NCBI GenBank assembly: GCA_030603365.1
Contig: JAUVXV010000006.1
Location: 96,001-160,000 of the forward strand
Source of the DNA: Candidatus Heimdallarchaeota archaeon
GTDB taxonomy: Archaea > Asgardarchaeota > Heimdallarchaeia > Heimdallarchaeales > Heimdallarchaeaceae
Direction of reading: 5' to 3'
Length of the DNA: 64,000 bases
A program made the position numbers and the translations under genes. Under the pieces are notes generated by a model. It searched no databases. It was not told the DNA's origin and saw only the letters and a program-made list of their open reading frames with translations. Each line of letters starts with the position of its first letter. The first letter of the stretch is position 1. Below, in pieces: positions 10,351 to 19,201 of the stretch.

Positions 10351-11442
10351 GTGAAAAGAGAAGATATAGTAAAATACTTTAAACTTGAAAATAATGAAGA
10401 CCTTTTTGAAATCGCAATTAAGCCCCCTTCATGCGGAGGTGGGAGTGAGTTTGATAATCTTGCCTTAGAAGGAGATAGAGTATTAGACCAAGCTTTTGAA
10501 TCTATCTTGAATTCTATGGAAATATTAACCAAAGGAGATAAAGCCAGATATAGAGCTAGTTTTCATAATAGCATCACATTGAGTAATATTGGTAGAACCC
10601 TAGGATTTGATCGCATGTTATCCCCTTTAGATTCCACTTATGTTATCCAGATAAAAGATTTAAAAGAAATGGTTGAAGCACTGTTAGGGGCAAGTTTTCG
10701 AATTAATGGACTTGATTCTTGTATATCTATTGTTAAAAATATATTTGATTTAGCTTTGAAACACAATCTTCTGATAGAAAATTTCAAAGGACTGTTGTTA
10801 CAATTTAATGATCAACAATCGAATTTCACTGATATTGTGATACATGATCCAGTAAGAGTGGGTGGAGAAGATCATGCACTATTATTCAAAGCAACAATAA
10901 GTGGAAAGTTCAAGGGGATTAAATATGAAATTGAGAGTTCAGAAAAACGAACTAAGGGAGGAGCAGAACAAGATGCTGCAAGGAAATATCTAGAATTAGA
11001 ATTTGGAAGTTTACAAGGATCAATCAGTCTTCCTGAAACAGAGCAACCTGTGAAAGTTCAAAAAAGTGTAGTTCAATCTCTTTCTGTAAGAGAGATTTTA
11101 TTCTCAAAAACAGATCTACAACTGAAAGATAAAATTGAACTTGATACTGTGAAAGGTGAGTTACTTACGGAGTATTTTTGGCGTAAAGCTAAGAAAAATC
11201 CGTATGGAGCTTTAATGTTGTTGAACGCTCATCTTCCTGAGATTAAAGGAGCAGCTTGGTATGCAACTATAGACTGTAGAGAACTTTGTCTCTATAATAT
11301 TGAAATAGATGGAGAGAGTTATTTTGAGATTGGATTAGGGCTATCAAAATCCAAAGCAAGAAAACAAGCTGCTCAGAAAATTATTAATTCAAGTCAACTA
11401 GCTTTCTGGTTACAAAAGAATCATGAAAATACGATAATATGA
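10351..11442 (+). CDS. Ribonuclease III family protein with two dsRNA-binding domains
   Basis: DNLALEGDRVLD and EMVEALLGA catalytic motifs; dsRBD1 NFKGLL...GEDHALLF...RTKGGAEQDAA; dsRBD2 NPYGAL...GLGLSKSKARKQAA. Confidence 0.8.
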   Translation: MKREDIVKYFKLENNEDLFEIAIKPPSCGGGSEFDNLALEGDRVLDQAFESILNSMEILTKGDKARYRASFHNSITLSNIGRTLGFDRMLSPLDSTYVIQIKDLKEMVEALLGASFRINGLDSCISIVKNIFDLALKHNLLIENFKGLLLQFNDQQSNFTDIVIHDPVRVGGEDHALLFKATISGKFKGIKYEIESSEKRTKGGAEQDAARKYLELEFGSLQGSISLPETEQPVKVQKSVVQSLSVREILFSKTDLQLKDKIELDTVKGELLTEYFWRKAKKNPYGALMLLNAHLPEIKGAAWYATIDCRELCLYNIEIDGESYFEIGLGLSKSKARKQAAQKIINSSQLAFWLQKNHENTII

Positions 11443-11543
11443 TCTAACAATAGCTTTTCAGGACAAATGTTAGCATTCAATTTAAATATACACTTAAATA
11501 ATCTTATAAAATCTCTTAGAACAATAAAAAGAAGGTAGAGAGT

Positions 11544-11984
11544 TTGAACAATAAAGAAACAGAAGAACCAATTCTTCTTAACGAAGAAGAGATGAACAAA
11601 ATTGAAGTACTTTGTTTAGAGTTGAAATATCAGTTAAAGATCTTAAAAGAGATGATAGTGTCTTCCAATGAGAAGAAGAAGAAAATCTCACTATATGAAC
11701 CTCAGACTTCTCACCTTACTGAACTTACATCACTTGTTTATCCATTGATTAAAAACGAAGTGGAAATAATAGAAACATTACAGCAAATTAGAGGAAACAT
11801 TTCAGCTTTGAAACAGCATTTTAACATGTTTATTCCAATCTTTGGGTCTACTTCTATCTTTTTGAATAGAAGAAAGATTATTTCAAACTATAATCAATTT
11901 ATTGACGAAATAGCAGAAAAAACTATAATTCTAATAAATAAATCACTAGATATTCTGATAAACAGATTTAGCTTAGAGACATAA
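11544..11984 (+). CDS. Hypothetical helical protein
   Basis: 146-aa ORF. Confidence 0.45.
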   Translation: MNNKETEEPILLNEEEMNKIEVLCLELKYQLKILKEMIVSSNEKKKKISLYEPQTSHLTELTSLVYPLIKNEVEIIETLQQIRGNISALKQHFNMFIPIFGSTSIFLNRRKIISNYNQFIDEIAEKTIILINKSLDILINRFSLET

Positions 11985-12086
11985 TTAATTGCTGGTTTTT
12001 TATTGAATTAAATAGAGAAAATTATCGAGAAAATAGTTAGTAAGAAACCATATAACAAGTATGTATCTATATAGAGTAGAGGAAAT

Positions 12087-12638
12087 ATGAAAACTTTAGT
12101 TGCAATAATTGGAGACTCAAATATCTCTCAAGAATCAATCAAATATAAATTATCTTATAGATTAGGAAGATTATTGGTGGATAATAAGTATGTAATAATT
12201 ACAGGAGGTCGAGGGGGAGTTATGAAAGCTGCAAGAAAAGGAGGAAGAAGTTCACATAATTATAAAATTGGATCAATAATCGACATTTTACCTTATTTTG
12301 ATCCAAACAAGGGTGATTCCAGCAGTGATTTAATCATATCTACAGGTCTGGATATATTTAGAAACACAATAGTGGCAAATAGTTATGCAGTAATAGCAAT
12401 AGGTGGTGGAGCAGGAACATTATCTGAAATTGCTTACGCATGGCAATTAAAACGAATGATAATTGCATATAAGGTAGAAGGTTGGAGTGGTAAACTTGCT
12501 AATACTAAAATCGACGAGAGAAAAAGAATTGACTGGGAAGGAGATAAAGTGTTTGGTGTTGAAACCGCTGAGGAAACACTATCTATTTTACTTAATTACA
12601 AAGGATATTATCTGAAATGGCATAAACGTATATCATGA
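12087..12638 (+). CDS. LOG/SLOG superfamily Rossmann-fold nucleotide-binding protein (TIGR00725-like)
   Basis: ITGGRGGVMKA, RNTIV, AIGGGAGTLSEIAYA. Confidence 0.85.
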   Translation: MKTLVAIIGDSNISQESIKYKLSYRLGRLLVDNKYVIITGGRGGVMKAARKGGRSSHNYKIGSIIDILPYFDPNKGDSSSDLIISTGLDIFRNTIVANSYAVIAIGGGAGTLSEIAYAWQLKRMIIAYKVEGWSGKLANTKIDERKRIDWEGDKVFGVETAEETLSILLNYKGYYLKWHKRIS

Positions 12639-12731
12639 TATTTTTAGAAATATTTAGTAATTAAAAATCTGTTGTGTTTAAAATTGAAAAAAAAATAAGT
12701 AAAAGGAATAGTAAGCTAGTTCTTGCAATTC

Positions 12732-12953
12732 TTAATATCTTCTTGGTTTTTGCTGTTGAAAGCACTCTCTACAATAAACTGGTCTTGAACCGTCAGGTTT
12801 GAAAGGAACTTCTGTTTCTTGCTTACATTTAGCACAAGTAGCTTTATGGAGTTCTACTGGTCTCCTTTGACCAAATCCTGAACTTCTACCTCTATTTCCA
12901 CTTCTATTGTTTGACCTACCGCCACTTCTATTTCGATTATCTCTATATGACAT
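12732..12953 (-). CDS. CxxC-x17-CxxC domain protein with RG-rich N-terminus
   Basis: ATCAKCKQETEVPFKPDGSRPVYCREC; likely ATG at 12953. Confidence 0.85.
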   Translation of the reverse strand: MSYRDNRNRSGGRSNNRSGNRGRSSGFGQRRPVELHKATCAKCKQETEVPFKPDGSRPVYCRECFQQQKPRRY

Positions 12954-13244
12954 TGTTTTTACCTTTGTTTCTTTTTTGCAGCTAACCGATAGCAAAATTA
13001 GTTAATCTATGCAAAAAAACTGTCCTACTTTGTTCATTTCAACCAGTTTCTCATAAAATACCTAGTTCTAGCTACTTGAATTCTCTACAATTCATCAAAA
13101 AAATCTCTGCTATTTAAACAATTATATCTGACTGGAGTTTCTCCTTACCATTCTTTGGATGAATTTATCACAAACACTAAGGAGTTTCTTTAGGAGGATT
13201 GAGGAAGAATTAAATAATCAAGTACATTCAATTGTACGAGAAAC

Positions 13245-13787
13245 ATGAAATTAAGAATTCAGAGAAATATGTGGAAAATTTCAGCAAGCGAAAGAGTTAC
13301 AGATAAACCTGCTTTTTGGGAGGAGTTTCGAGACAATAATATTATTGCATTTGGAACCTACGGTGAAGGTGATATCCAGCATTATGATAATGTTAGTGAT
13401 CTTGAAAAGAAAATTTCAGAACTTAAAAATACCAAACATAGTAGCCCAACAGCTAATTTCTGTTTCGAATTTAGAGATGAAGTCGAATCAGGAGACATAG
13501 TGATTGTTTATGCTAGAAAGACAATTTTTGGAATAGGATATGTAATCAGTGGATATTACTACAAAGAGGATGAACTAGGGAAAGGAAAAGGAGAGAAGGA
13601 GGAATTTGGTTACAAAGATGGAATCCCTAATAGAAGAGATGTAAAATGGATTGTAACAAATAGTATAAAGGATGAAAAGTTAGCAATACTAAGTAAACCT
13701 CAAATCACTTTCTTTAAGCTCAACAAAGAACAAGAAAAAACCGTAATAAAGGTATTGAAAAAACAGCAAATCTTAGATAGAGATTAA
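13245..13787 (+). CDS. Stand-alone EVE/PUA-like domain (McrB/Mrr N-terminal type, modified-DNA reader)
   Basis: WKIS...WEEFRDNNIIAFG...GDIVIVY...GIGYV...RRDVKW. Confidence 0.6.
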   Translation: MKLRIQRNMWKISASERVTDKPAFWEEFRDNNIIAFGTYGEGDIQHYDNVSDLEKKISELKNTKHSSPTANFCFEFRDEVESGDIVIVYARKTIFGIGYVISGYYYKEDELGKGKGEKEEFGYKDGIPNRRDVKWIVTNSIKDEKLAILSKPQITFFKLNKEQEKTVIKVLKKQQILDRD

Positions 13788-13860
13788 TTTAGTAGTGGAA
13801 AAAATTAGAAAGAAGTCCTAAAAGTCTTCGTTGAAGAAAATATCTTTGATTTACATAGGA

Positions 13861-15054
13861 TCAGATTAAATCATTATTTATTCCTTTTATCTGCTCAATT
13901 ATTAGCTTAATTGATTTATCTAGTGAATCCATTTCCAACAATTCCGCTTCTTTTCCACCCAGTATTAGCAGTTCTTCTGGATTTTCTTTGAAATAACTCA
14001 ACCATACTCTGAGATAATTGCTCAATCTCCTCTGCATCTTTTTCTCTAGTTCAACTATTTTGTCAGATTTCTTACTATTACATGATTTACATGTTGGGAA
14101 CAGGTTCCAGAATCTATCTACAGGATATTTTGACCAGGGTATAAAATGGTCTAGATCAAATGATTTAATCTCTTTCTCACAATAGATACAGTGCATGGGT
14201 TCAAATATCTGTAAAGCGATCTTTCTCAGTTTATTCATCTTCAGTGTTTCCCTCTCAGGTTCTTTCTTATGAAGATTTAATCCATTAAATAGAGCATATA
14301 TTGCTTTTGAATCATTCTGTAAATAATTCTCAACAGAATATTCTAACCATCTCTTTATTATAGCGTCCTTTATGAAAAATCTTGATTTTGCTAATTCTCT
14401 ATAAGTATAATGTCCCATTTGGATGAATAGTGTTTCTTCTCTCTCCAACTCAAACCAAGACATCTCTCCTCTTTTTCCCTTCCAAGCAGTAGACTTTGAA
14501 CGAATACTCTGATAATCCTCTAATTCTCCTGAAAGTAGAGTATTATTATACAATCCAAACAAAGCAAAAGATTCTTCTTTGAACTTAACACCAGAAGTTA
14601 GTTCTTCCTGAAGATTTCTGTTACTTGCTATTTTGATATACTGTAAAGGTTGATCAATTATCTGATACCTGATTTTAATTAGAAGAGAGGTGAGTTCTTT
14701 ATCCAATATCTCATCAGCTTCGATTTTCTCTTTTATTTTCAAAATTGCTTCTGGAGTTAGATATGAAAAGGATTTATCCTGCTGCTTTTCTACAAATTCC
14801 CTTATTATTTTGTGTAGTGAGATTTGTGCTGGTCCTTGTTTGATTCCTTTTTCTCCATAAATCATTAAAGGGTAGTAATAGTATAACCATTGCTTAGCTA
14901 GATAGACTATGGGTATATTATGAAATCCGTTTTGAGGATATTCATTAGGGTTTTCAATGATATAATCCACCAATGCAGATATCAGTGCAAATTTGTATGT
15001 ACTGGATTTCTTCTCGCTAAATAGAACTGATTCAATTCCTATCAAAACTTCCAT
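13861..15054 (-). CDS. HNH endonuclease (type IV restriction-like)
   Basis: N-terminal SSTYKFALISAL; C-terminal CIYC...DLDHFIPWS...WNLFPTCKSCNSKKSD. Confidence 0.85.
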   Translation of the reverse strand: MEVLIGIESVLFSEKKSSTYKFALISALVDYIIENPNEYPQNGFHNIPIVYLAKQWLYYYYPLMIYGEKGIKQGPAQISLHKIIREFVEKQQDKSFSYLTPEAILKIKEKIEADEILDKELTSLLIKIRYQIIDQPLQYIKIASNRNLQEELTSGVKFKEESFALFGLYNNTLLSGELEDYQSIRSKSTAWKGKRGEMSWFELEREETLFIQMGHYTYRELAKSRFFIKDAIIKRWLEYSVENYLQNDSKAIYALFNGLNLHKKEPERETLKMNKLRKIALQIFEPMHCIYCEKEIKSFDLDHFIPWSKYPVDRFWNLFPTCKSCNSKKSDKIVELEKKMQRRLSNYLRVWLSYFKENPEELLILGGKEAELLEMDSLDKSIKLIIEQIKGINNDLI

Positions 15055-15103
15055 AGATTCAAAGAAGATTCTTTCAATAAAAATCTAGTGTAGTTTTATT
15101 ATA

Positions 15104-15140
15104 TAGGTAAGAATTTAGCAAAATAATACCATTCACAGAC
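15104..15140 (+). promoter_or_regulatory. ATGGT-N19-ACCAT family site upstream of the NYN RNase
   Basis: TAGGT-N19-ACCAT with aligned downstream AGAC; T-run/TTATTA at ~15154. Confidence 0.55.
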
Positions 15141-15179
15141 ATTTTAACCATTTTTTTATTAAGTTAAAAGCAATTTTAT

Positions 15180-15638
15180 GTGTCTCTAATGTCCGATAAT
15201 AGCATTTCCAGAAAGGTTGATATAAGTTGGGGATTTGAGCTCACTATAATAGATACCCCGAACACATTATATAGTTCAGTTTATGAATCTGAAAGAACAG
15301 AAGAAGCTTTATTAGAGATGCTAAAAAATAAGAGAAATAGATATTTCTATATTGTTAGTACTCCGAAAATGCGAATTGAATCAAGATCTTTTATTCAGAA
15401 GTTAATGCAATTAAAGGATAAACTAAGAAATTTTGAATTTGTTTTTGTTAAAGGAAACAAGGATCCTGATGAAGAAATATTAAACTTGGCTTTATCACTA
15501 AAATGTCCAGTTATTTCTAATGATAAATTTAAACAGAGACATTACGATCGGTTTAGAAATAAAAAAATTGAGATATGGAGATTCAAAATTAATAAGAAGA
15601 CAAATTGTTTGAAAATATATGAAAAATGGAGACTATAG
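15180..15638 (+). CDS. PIN-fold NYN/Zc3h12a (Regnase)-like ribonuclease
   Basis: IIDTPN...DPDEEIL...PVISNDKFK. Confidence 0.7.
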   Translation: MSLMSDNSISRKVDISWGFELTIIDTPNTLYSSVYESERTEEALLEMLKNKRNRYFYIVSTPKMRIESRSFIQKLMQLKDKLRNFEFVFVKGNKDPDEEILNLALSLKCPVISNDKFKQRHYDRFRNKKIEIWRFKINKKTNCLKIYEKWRL

Positions 15639-15659
15639 TAATCAAATATGGGTGTTTAG

Positions 15660-16319
15660 ATGGTTTATCAAATAAGAAGGATAGAAGCAGAGGACGATAT
15701 AGCAGGGTTAAGTCTTGGTTTAGCAATTCTCCTACCTGTTTATAGTTATGATTTACTATTTGGTTTTACTATACAAAAATCAGGTTCAGAAACTCTAAGA
15801 ATCTGTAAATATAGACCTATAGAAGAAAAGATAAAGATGTATAGCAACATTGATTTTGCTAAACATGATATCAAAGAAGAACTATTGATCAAGATAACAG
15901 ACTCTCTGGATTATGTTCTTGAAGAATATAGTACTTTAGATGAAATATTTGCATATAGGAAAAATCAAATTTTAGATTCAAGTTTGAAAGGAGGAAATTT
16001 GAGTAACTTAGTGTATTCTGTTTGTTATTATGAGAATAAACGACACTTCGGATTTTGCTTTATGAGAGATGAGAGAGATGAGCCAATATTACGATTCTTT
16101 AGAGTTGATGTTGATTATGGATCAGTATATCCAAGATCTCTTAGAAAAGACTATTATGAAGAACATAGATACTTTGGAATATCTCTAAGAGATTTAAAAT
16201 ACCGAGATTTTATGAAAGCTTTACTTGAAATACTCTTAGAAACACTTGAAATTATCCAAGAAGGAGAACCTAGTTTCAGAGAATTTCATAAGTATGCTGA
16301 TAAATTCACACTCTTTTAA
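15660..16319 (+). CDS. Hypothetical protein (possible internal duplication)
   Basis: Two FGF...E..LR segments; 21 bp downstream of the NYN gene. Confidence 0.5.
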   Translation: MVYQIRRIEAEDDIAGLSLGLAILLPVYSYDLLFGFTIQKSGSETLRICKYRPIEEKIKMYSNIDFAKHDIKEELLIKITDSLDYVLEEYSTLDEIFAYRKNQILDSSLKGGNLSNLVYSVCYYENKRHFGFCFMRDERDEPILRFFRVDVDYGSVYPRSLRKDYYEEHRYFGISLRDLKYRDFMKALLEILLETLEIIQEGEPSFREFHKYADKFTLF

Positions 16320-16327
16320 TTTTTTGT

Positions 16328-16711
16328 TTATAAATTTTCTCTTCTATAATTCACATCATCTTCATGTTGATCATCAAAATCATTTTCTGATAAAAGAACT
16401 AGATCAAATTTAGCTCCAGATTGAAAATCAAGATGAACAACATTGTAATTGCTTCCAGGATAAACATTATCAGCTTTAAAATTTGATTTTAAAACTGAAA
16501 TTAATCTAGGATAAAAAGACTCTTCTGAAGGATTACCTGTAACAGAGAATATTACATCCATATCACTATCTGGTCTGTGTGTCCTAAGAGCTCGTGATCC
16601 AGCTTGAGCTATTCTAGAAATTTTCAGATTTGATTTTGTCATTACATTAACTATACTCTTCCATAGTCTATGATAATGAGCTTCACTATTCTTATTATTA
16701 TTAAATGTCAT
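16328..16711 (-). CDS. Minimal Pol-beta-family nucleotidyltransferase (catalytic lobe only)
   Basis: AGSRALRTHRPDSDMDVIF and FDLV: GS plus three Asp. Confidence 0.75.
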   Translation of the reverse strand: MTFNNNKNSEAHYHRLWKSIVNVMTKSNLKISRIAQAGSRALRTHRPDSDMDVIFSVTGNPSEESFYPRLISVLKSNFKADNVYPGSNYNVVHLDFQSGAKFDLVLLSENDFDDQHEDDVNYRRENL

Positions 16712-16813
16712 GACAAAGTAATTGTTATTAAATTATAAAAAGCTTTAGAATTCCATTGCAGTTATACTGAAAACACATACAACAAAACCAAGTTTTTTAG
16801 ATGCAACAAGATT

Positions 16814-17584
16814 CTATTTGAAAATAAAGGTTTCATCAATTGGATTAGTCTTTATCTTCTTGTATGCGTTTTTCGATTCACTTAAAAGAAATTCTTTTTT
16901 TGGGAAACTGAAATTATATGAAACTAGTGATCTATTCCTAGAATCAAACAATTGCAGATTATCCTTTAGTTCAGAATCTTTAATATATTCAAAAAACAAC
17001 TTCAGAGAATCTGTAAAAGTTTCAGGTTCATTGCTTTTGAAACAACGTACTAGTATTAATTCAATTGCAAAAGAAGGAATATTTCCAGTATTAGGAGAAT
17101 TTTCAGGTAAATCTCTCCAATATTTTAGAATTCTAGCAGATCCTTTAAACAGATCACCATAACCTGCTATTTCAGCAACTTCTTTCATTGATCTTTGTGC
17201 TCTTCCCAGATCATCAGTTAAACCATATTTAGTTGGTAAAACATCCATATGAACTCCTCTTACAGTTATATTTACTGATCTCTTACGTATTATAGATTGT
17301 GTTGTAGAACAGCCTTTGAGAGTTGTTTGAAATCTTTCTAATATTTTTTCCATATCTTGTTTTGGGGAAAGCAGAACTACAGCATCAAGATCACTTTGTC
17401 CTTTGATTCCTGTTCCCTTACCTATGGAACCACATTTCCAAATTTCTACCTTAAGGATATTCTTATTACCATCTAGACATTTGGAAACCGAATTTAAAGC
17501 TGCATTATAATTTCTTATATCAGATATACTAGGTTTCAATTTCTTTGCTAAACTGACTAATCTATCTTCAAAACTCATTTTCAA
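16814..17584 (-). CDS. OAS/cGAS/DncV-like (CD-NTase/SMODS) nucleotidyltransferase
   Basis: CGSIGKGTGIKGQSDLDAVVLLS, MDVLP, ARILKYWR, IPSFAIELIL. Confidence 0.8.
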   Translation of the reverse strand: MKMSFEDRLVSLAKKLKPSISDIRNYNAALNSVSKCLDGNKNILKVEIWKCGSIGKGTGIKGQSDLDAVVLLSPKQDMEKILERFQTTLKGCSTTQSIIRKRSVNITVRGVHMDVLPTKYGLTDDLGRAQRSMKEVAEIAGYGDLFKGSARILKYWRDLPENSPNTGNIPSFAIELILVRCFKSNEPETFTDSLKLFFEYIKDSELKDNLQLFDSRNRSLVSYNFSFPKKEFLLSESKNAYKKIKTNPIDETFIFK

Positions 17585-17588
17585 TTCC

Positions 17589-18518
17589 TCAACTATACTT
17601 CTTTACAATATTCCTTACTAAGGATTCTAGTTCTAATAAATCTTTTTGGACGAATTTTTGTTCACTTTTTTCCTGAGGATGTATAAAAAATGTCAAGACT
17701 TTATTAGATGCTAGCATTGAATCCTTATCAATAAAGTTTACAACATGCTTATCAAATAAATGGTGAATAATACTTCCAAATGTTTTAGTTTTAAACAAGT
17801 CAACAAGGAAATTTGAGTAATTATCTTTTAAAACACTCTCCATAGAATATCTAAAAAGAAATGCTCCAATTGCTAAACCATAGTCATCGTTCCTATTTAT
17901 TTCTTCTATTGCTAAATCAATCATACTGTTTCTTCGTTCTTGTACTAATTGATTTTCTATGAATTTTATCTTGTTCTTTGCTTCGTGTATAAGGTATGGT
18001 GAGGTAAGAATTGCTTTTATCTTTAGTTCGATTTCTCTCAATTTCTTCTTATACCCATTTTTAACAGAATTACTAATTATATTATCTTGTTCAGATTCTT
18101 CATTTAATTCTGTCAAAATATAGAAATCTTCGTATTTTCTATGATATAAAATTGTTTTCCCTTCTTGATTTCTCTTTGAATAACCCCAATCAGTAAAGTA
18201 CCAAGGTTTCTTAACTAGAATCATATTGAAAAGACTTTTTTTATCTGAAGGACTTGTCAATTCTTGAAAAAGCTGATAGAGATAATCTTCTGAATATTTC
18301 TTCAGATATGCTGCTGTAGTTATTTGCCAGTGTATAAACTGTTCAAATAATTTATCACTGAGAAAAATGTCAGAAATTACTGGCTGAATTTTTACATAAT
18401 CAGAATTAGATGATTCATCTCTTGTTGTCAATGTAAGCTTCTTAATACTCTCAATTAGCAAATCATTTATTTCCTGAAATTCCTTAAGCTGTTCCGCAAA
18501 TAGTGTTACAATATCCAT
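17589..18518 (-). CDS. Protein with C-terminal HEPN (DUF4145-like) domain
   Basis: AFLFRYSMESVL...TFGSIIHHL...NKVLTFFIHP; 4 bp upstream of the NTase. Confidence 0.5.
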   Translation of the reverse strand: MDIVTLFAEQLKEFQEINDLLIESIKKLTLTTRDESSNSDYVKIQPVISDIFLSDKLFEQFIHWQITTAAYLKKYSEDYLYQLFQELTSPSDKKSLFNMILVKKPWYFTDWGYSKRNQEGKTILYHRKYEDFYILTELNEESEQDNIISNSVKNGYKKKLREIELKIKAILTSPYLIHEAKNKIKFIENQLVQERRNSMIDLAIEEINRNDDYGLAIGAFLFRYSMESVLKDNYSNFLVDLFKTKTFGSIIHHLFDKHVVNFIDKDSMLASNKVLTFFIHPQEKSEQKFVQKDLLELESLVRNIVKKYS

Positions 18519-18586
18519 CCGTTTTAAGCTCCGTCTTATAATAACTGATGTTAAAATTATACTTACTAGTTCATTAATGTATTTTG

Positions 18587-19006
18587 TTATTTCCTGAAAT
18601 CATCAATTGCTTTGTTAGCTAATTTATCTGCTTCTTTATTTTCTTCTCTCCGAATATGAGAATACGAAACCTTTTCAAAATAAGTTTCTTTCTTTTTTAC
18701 TTCTTCAAAGAGCTCTTTTAGTTTTTCATTTCTTATTCTATATACACCTGTAAGATGATTAACAAGTAATTCAGAATCACTTAGAACATGTACTTTTCCT
18801 CTACAAACGCCTGCACACATGTCAAGCCCATAAATTAATGCGTTGTATTCAGCTTGATTATTTGTTAAACGGTTTCCAAGATATTTTGAACCTTTTTCTA
18901 ATATGTTTCCTGACATATCTTTAATTATAAATCCTCCACCAGCTTTACCAGGATTACCTCTAGAACATCCGTCTACAAATAATCTAACCTCAAAACACTT
19001 CTTCAT
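18587..19006 (-). CDS. rnhA: Ribonuclease HI
   Basis: FVDGCSRGNPG, TNNQAEY, SDSELL, HIRREENKEADKLAN; likely ATG at 19006. Confidence 0.93.
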   Translation of the reverse strand: MKKCFEVRLFVDGCSRGNPGKAGGGFIIKDMSGNILEKGSKYLGNRLTNNQAEYNALIYGLDMCAGVCRGKVHVLSDSELLVNHLTGVYRIRNEKLKELFEEVKKKETYFEKVSYSHIRREENKEADKLANKAIDDFRK

Positions 19007-19061
19007 CTCGAGTATACGTTTTTTAGGAAACAAATTAAAGGTTTTACTAAAATAAATGATA

Positions 19062-19090
19062 ATTGTAAAAAATATCTATAAAATTACCTT
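19062..19090 (-). promoter_or_regulatory. ATGGT-N19-ACCAT family site upstream of rnhA/HEPN/NTase genes
   Basis: AAGGT-N19-ACAAT on -; CTTTAATT on - from 19040. Confidence 0.5.
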
Positions 19091-19201
19091 TTATTCTTCA
19101 AATTCCTAAATGTTTAATTAATAAAGTTCTAAAACTAAATAGGTAAGAAGAACTTAAAATTATGGACTCGGAGAGATCAGTATACCAAATAAAAATTCTA
19201 G

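Noticed and set aside
16814-17584. Archaeal CCA-adding enzyme
   Set aside because: Too short, lacks body/tail domains, and lies in a defence context
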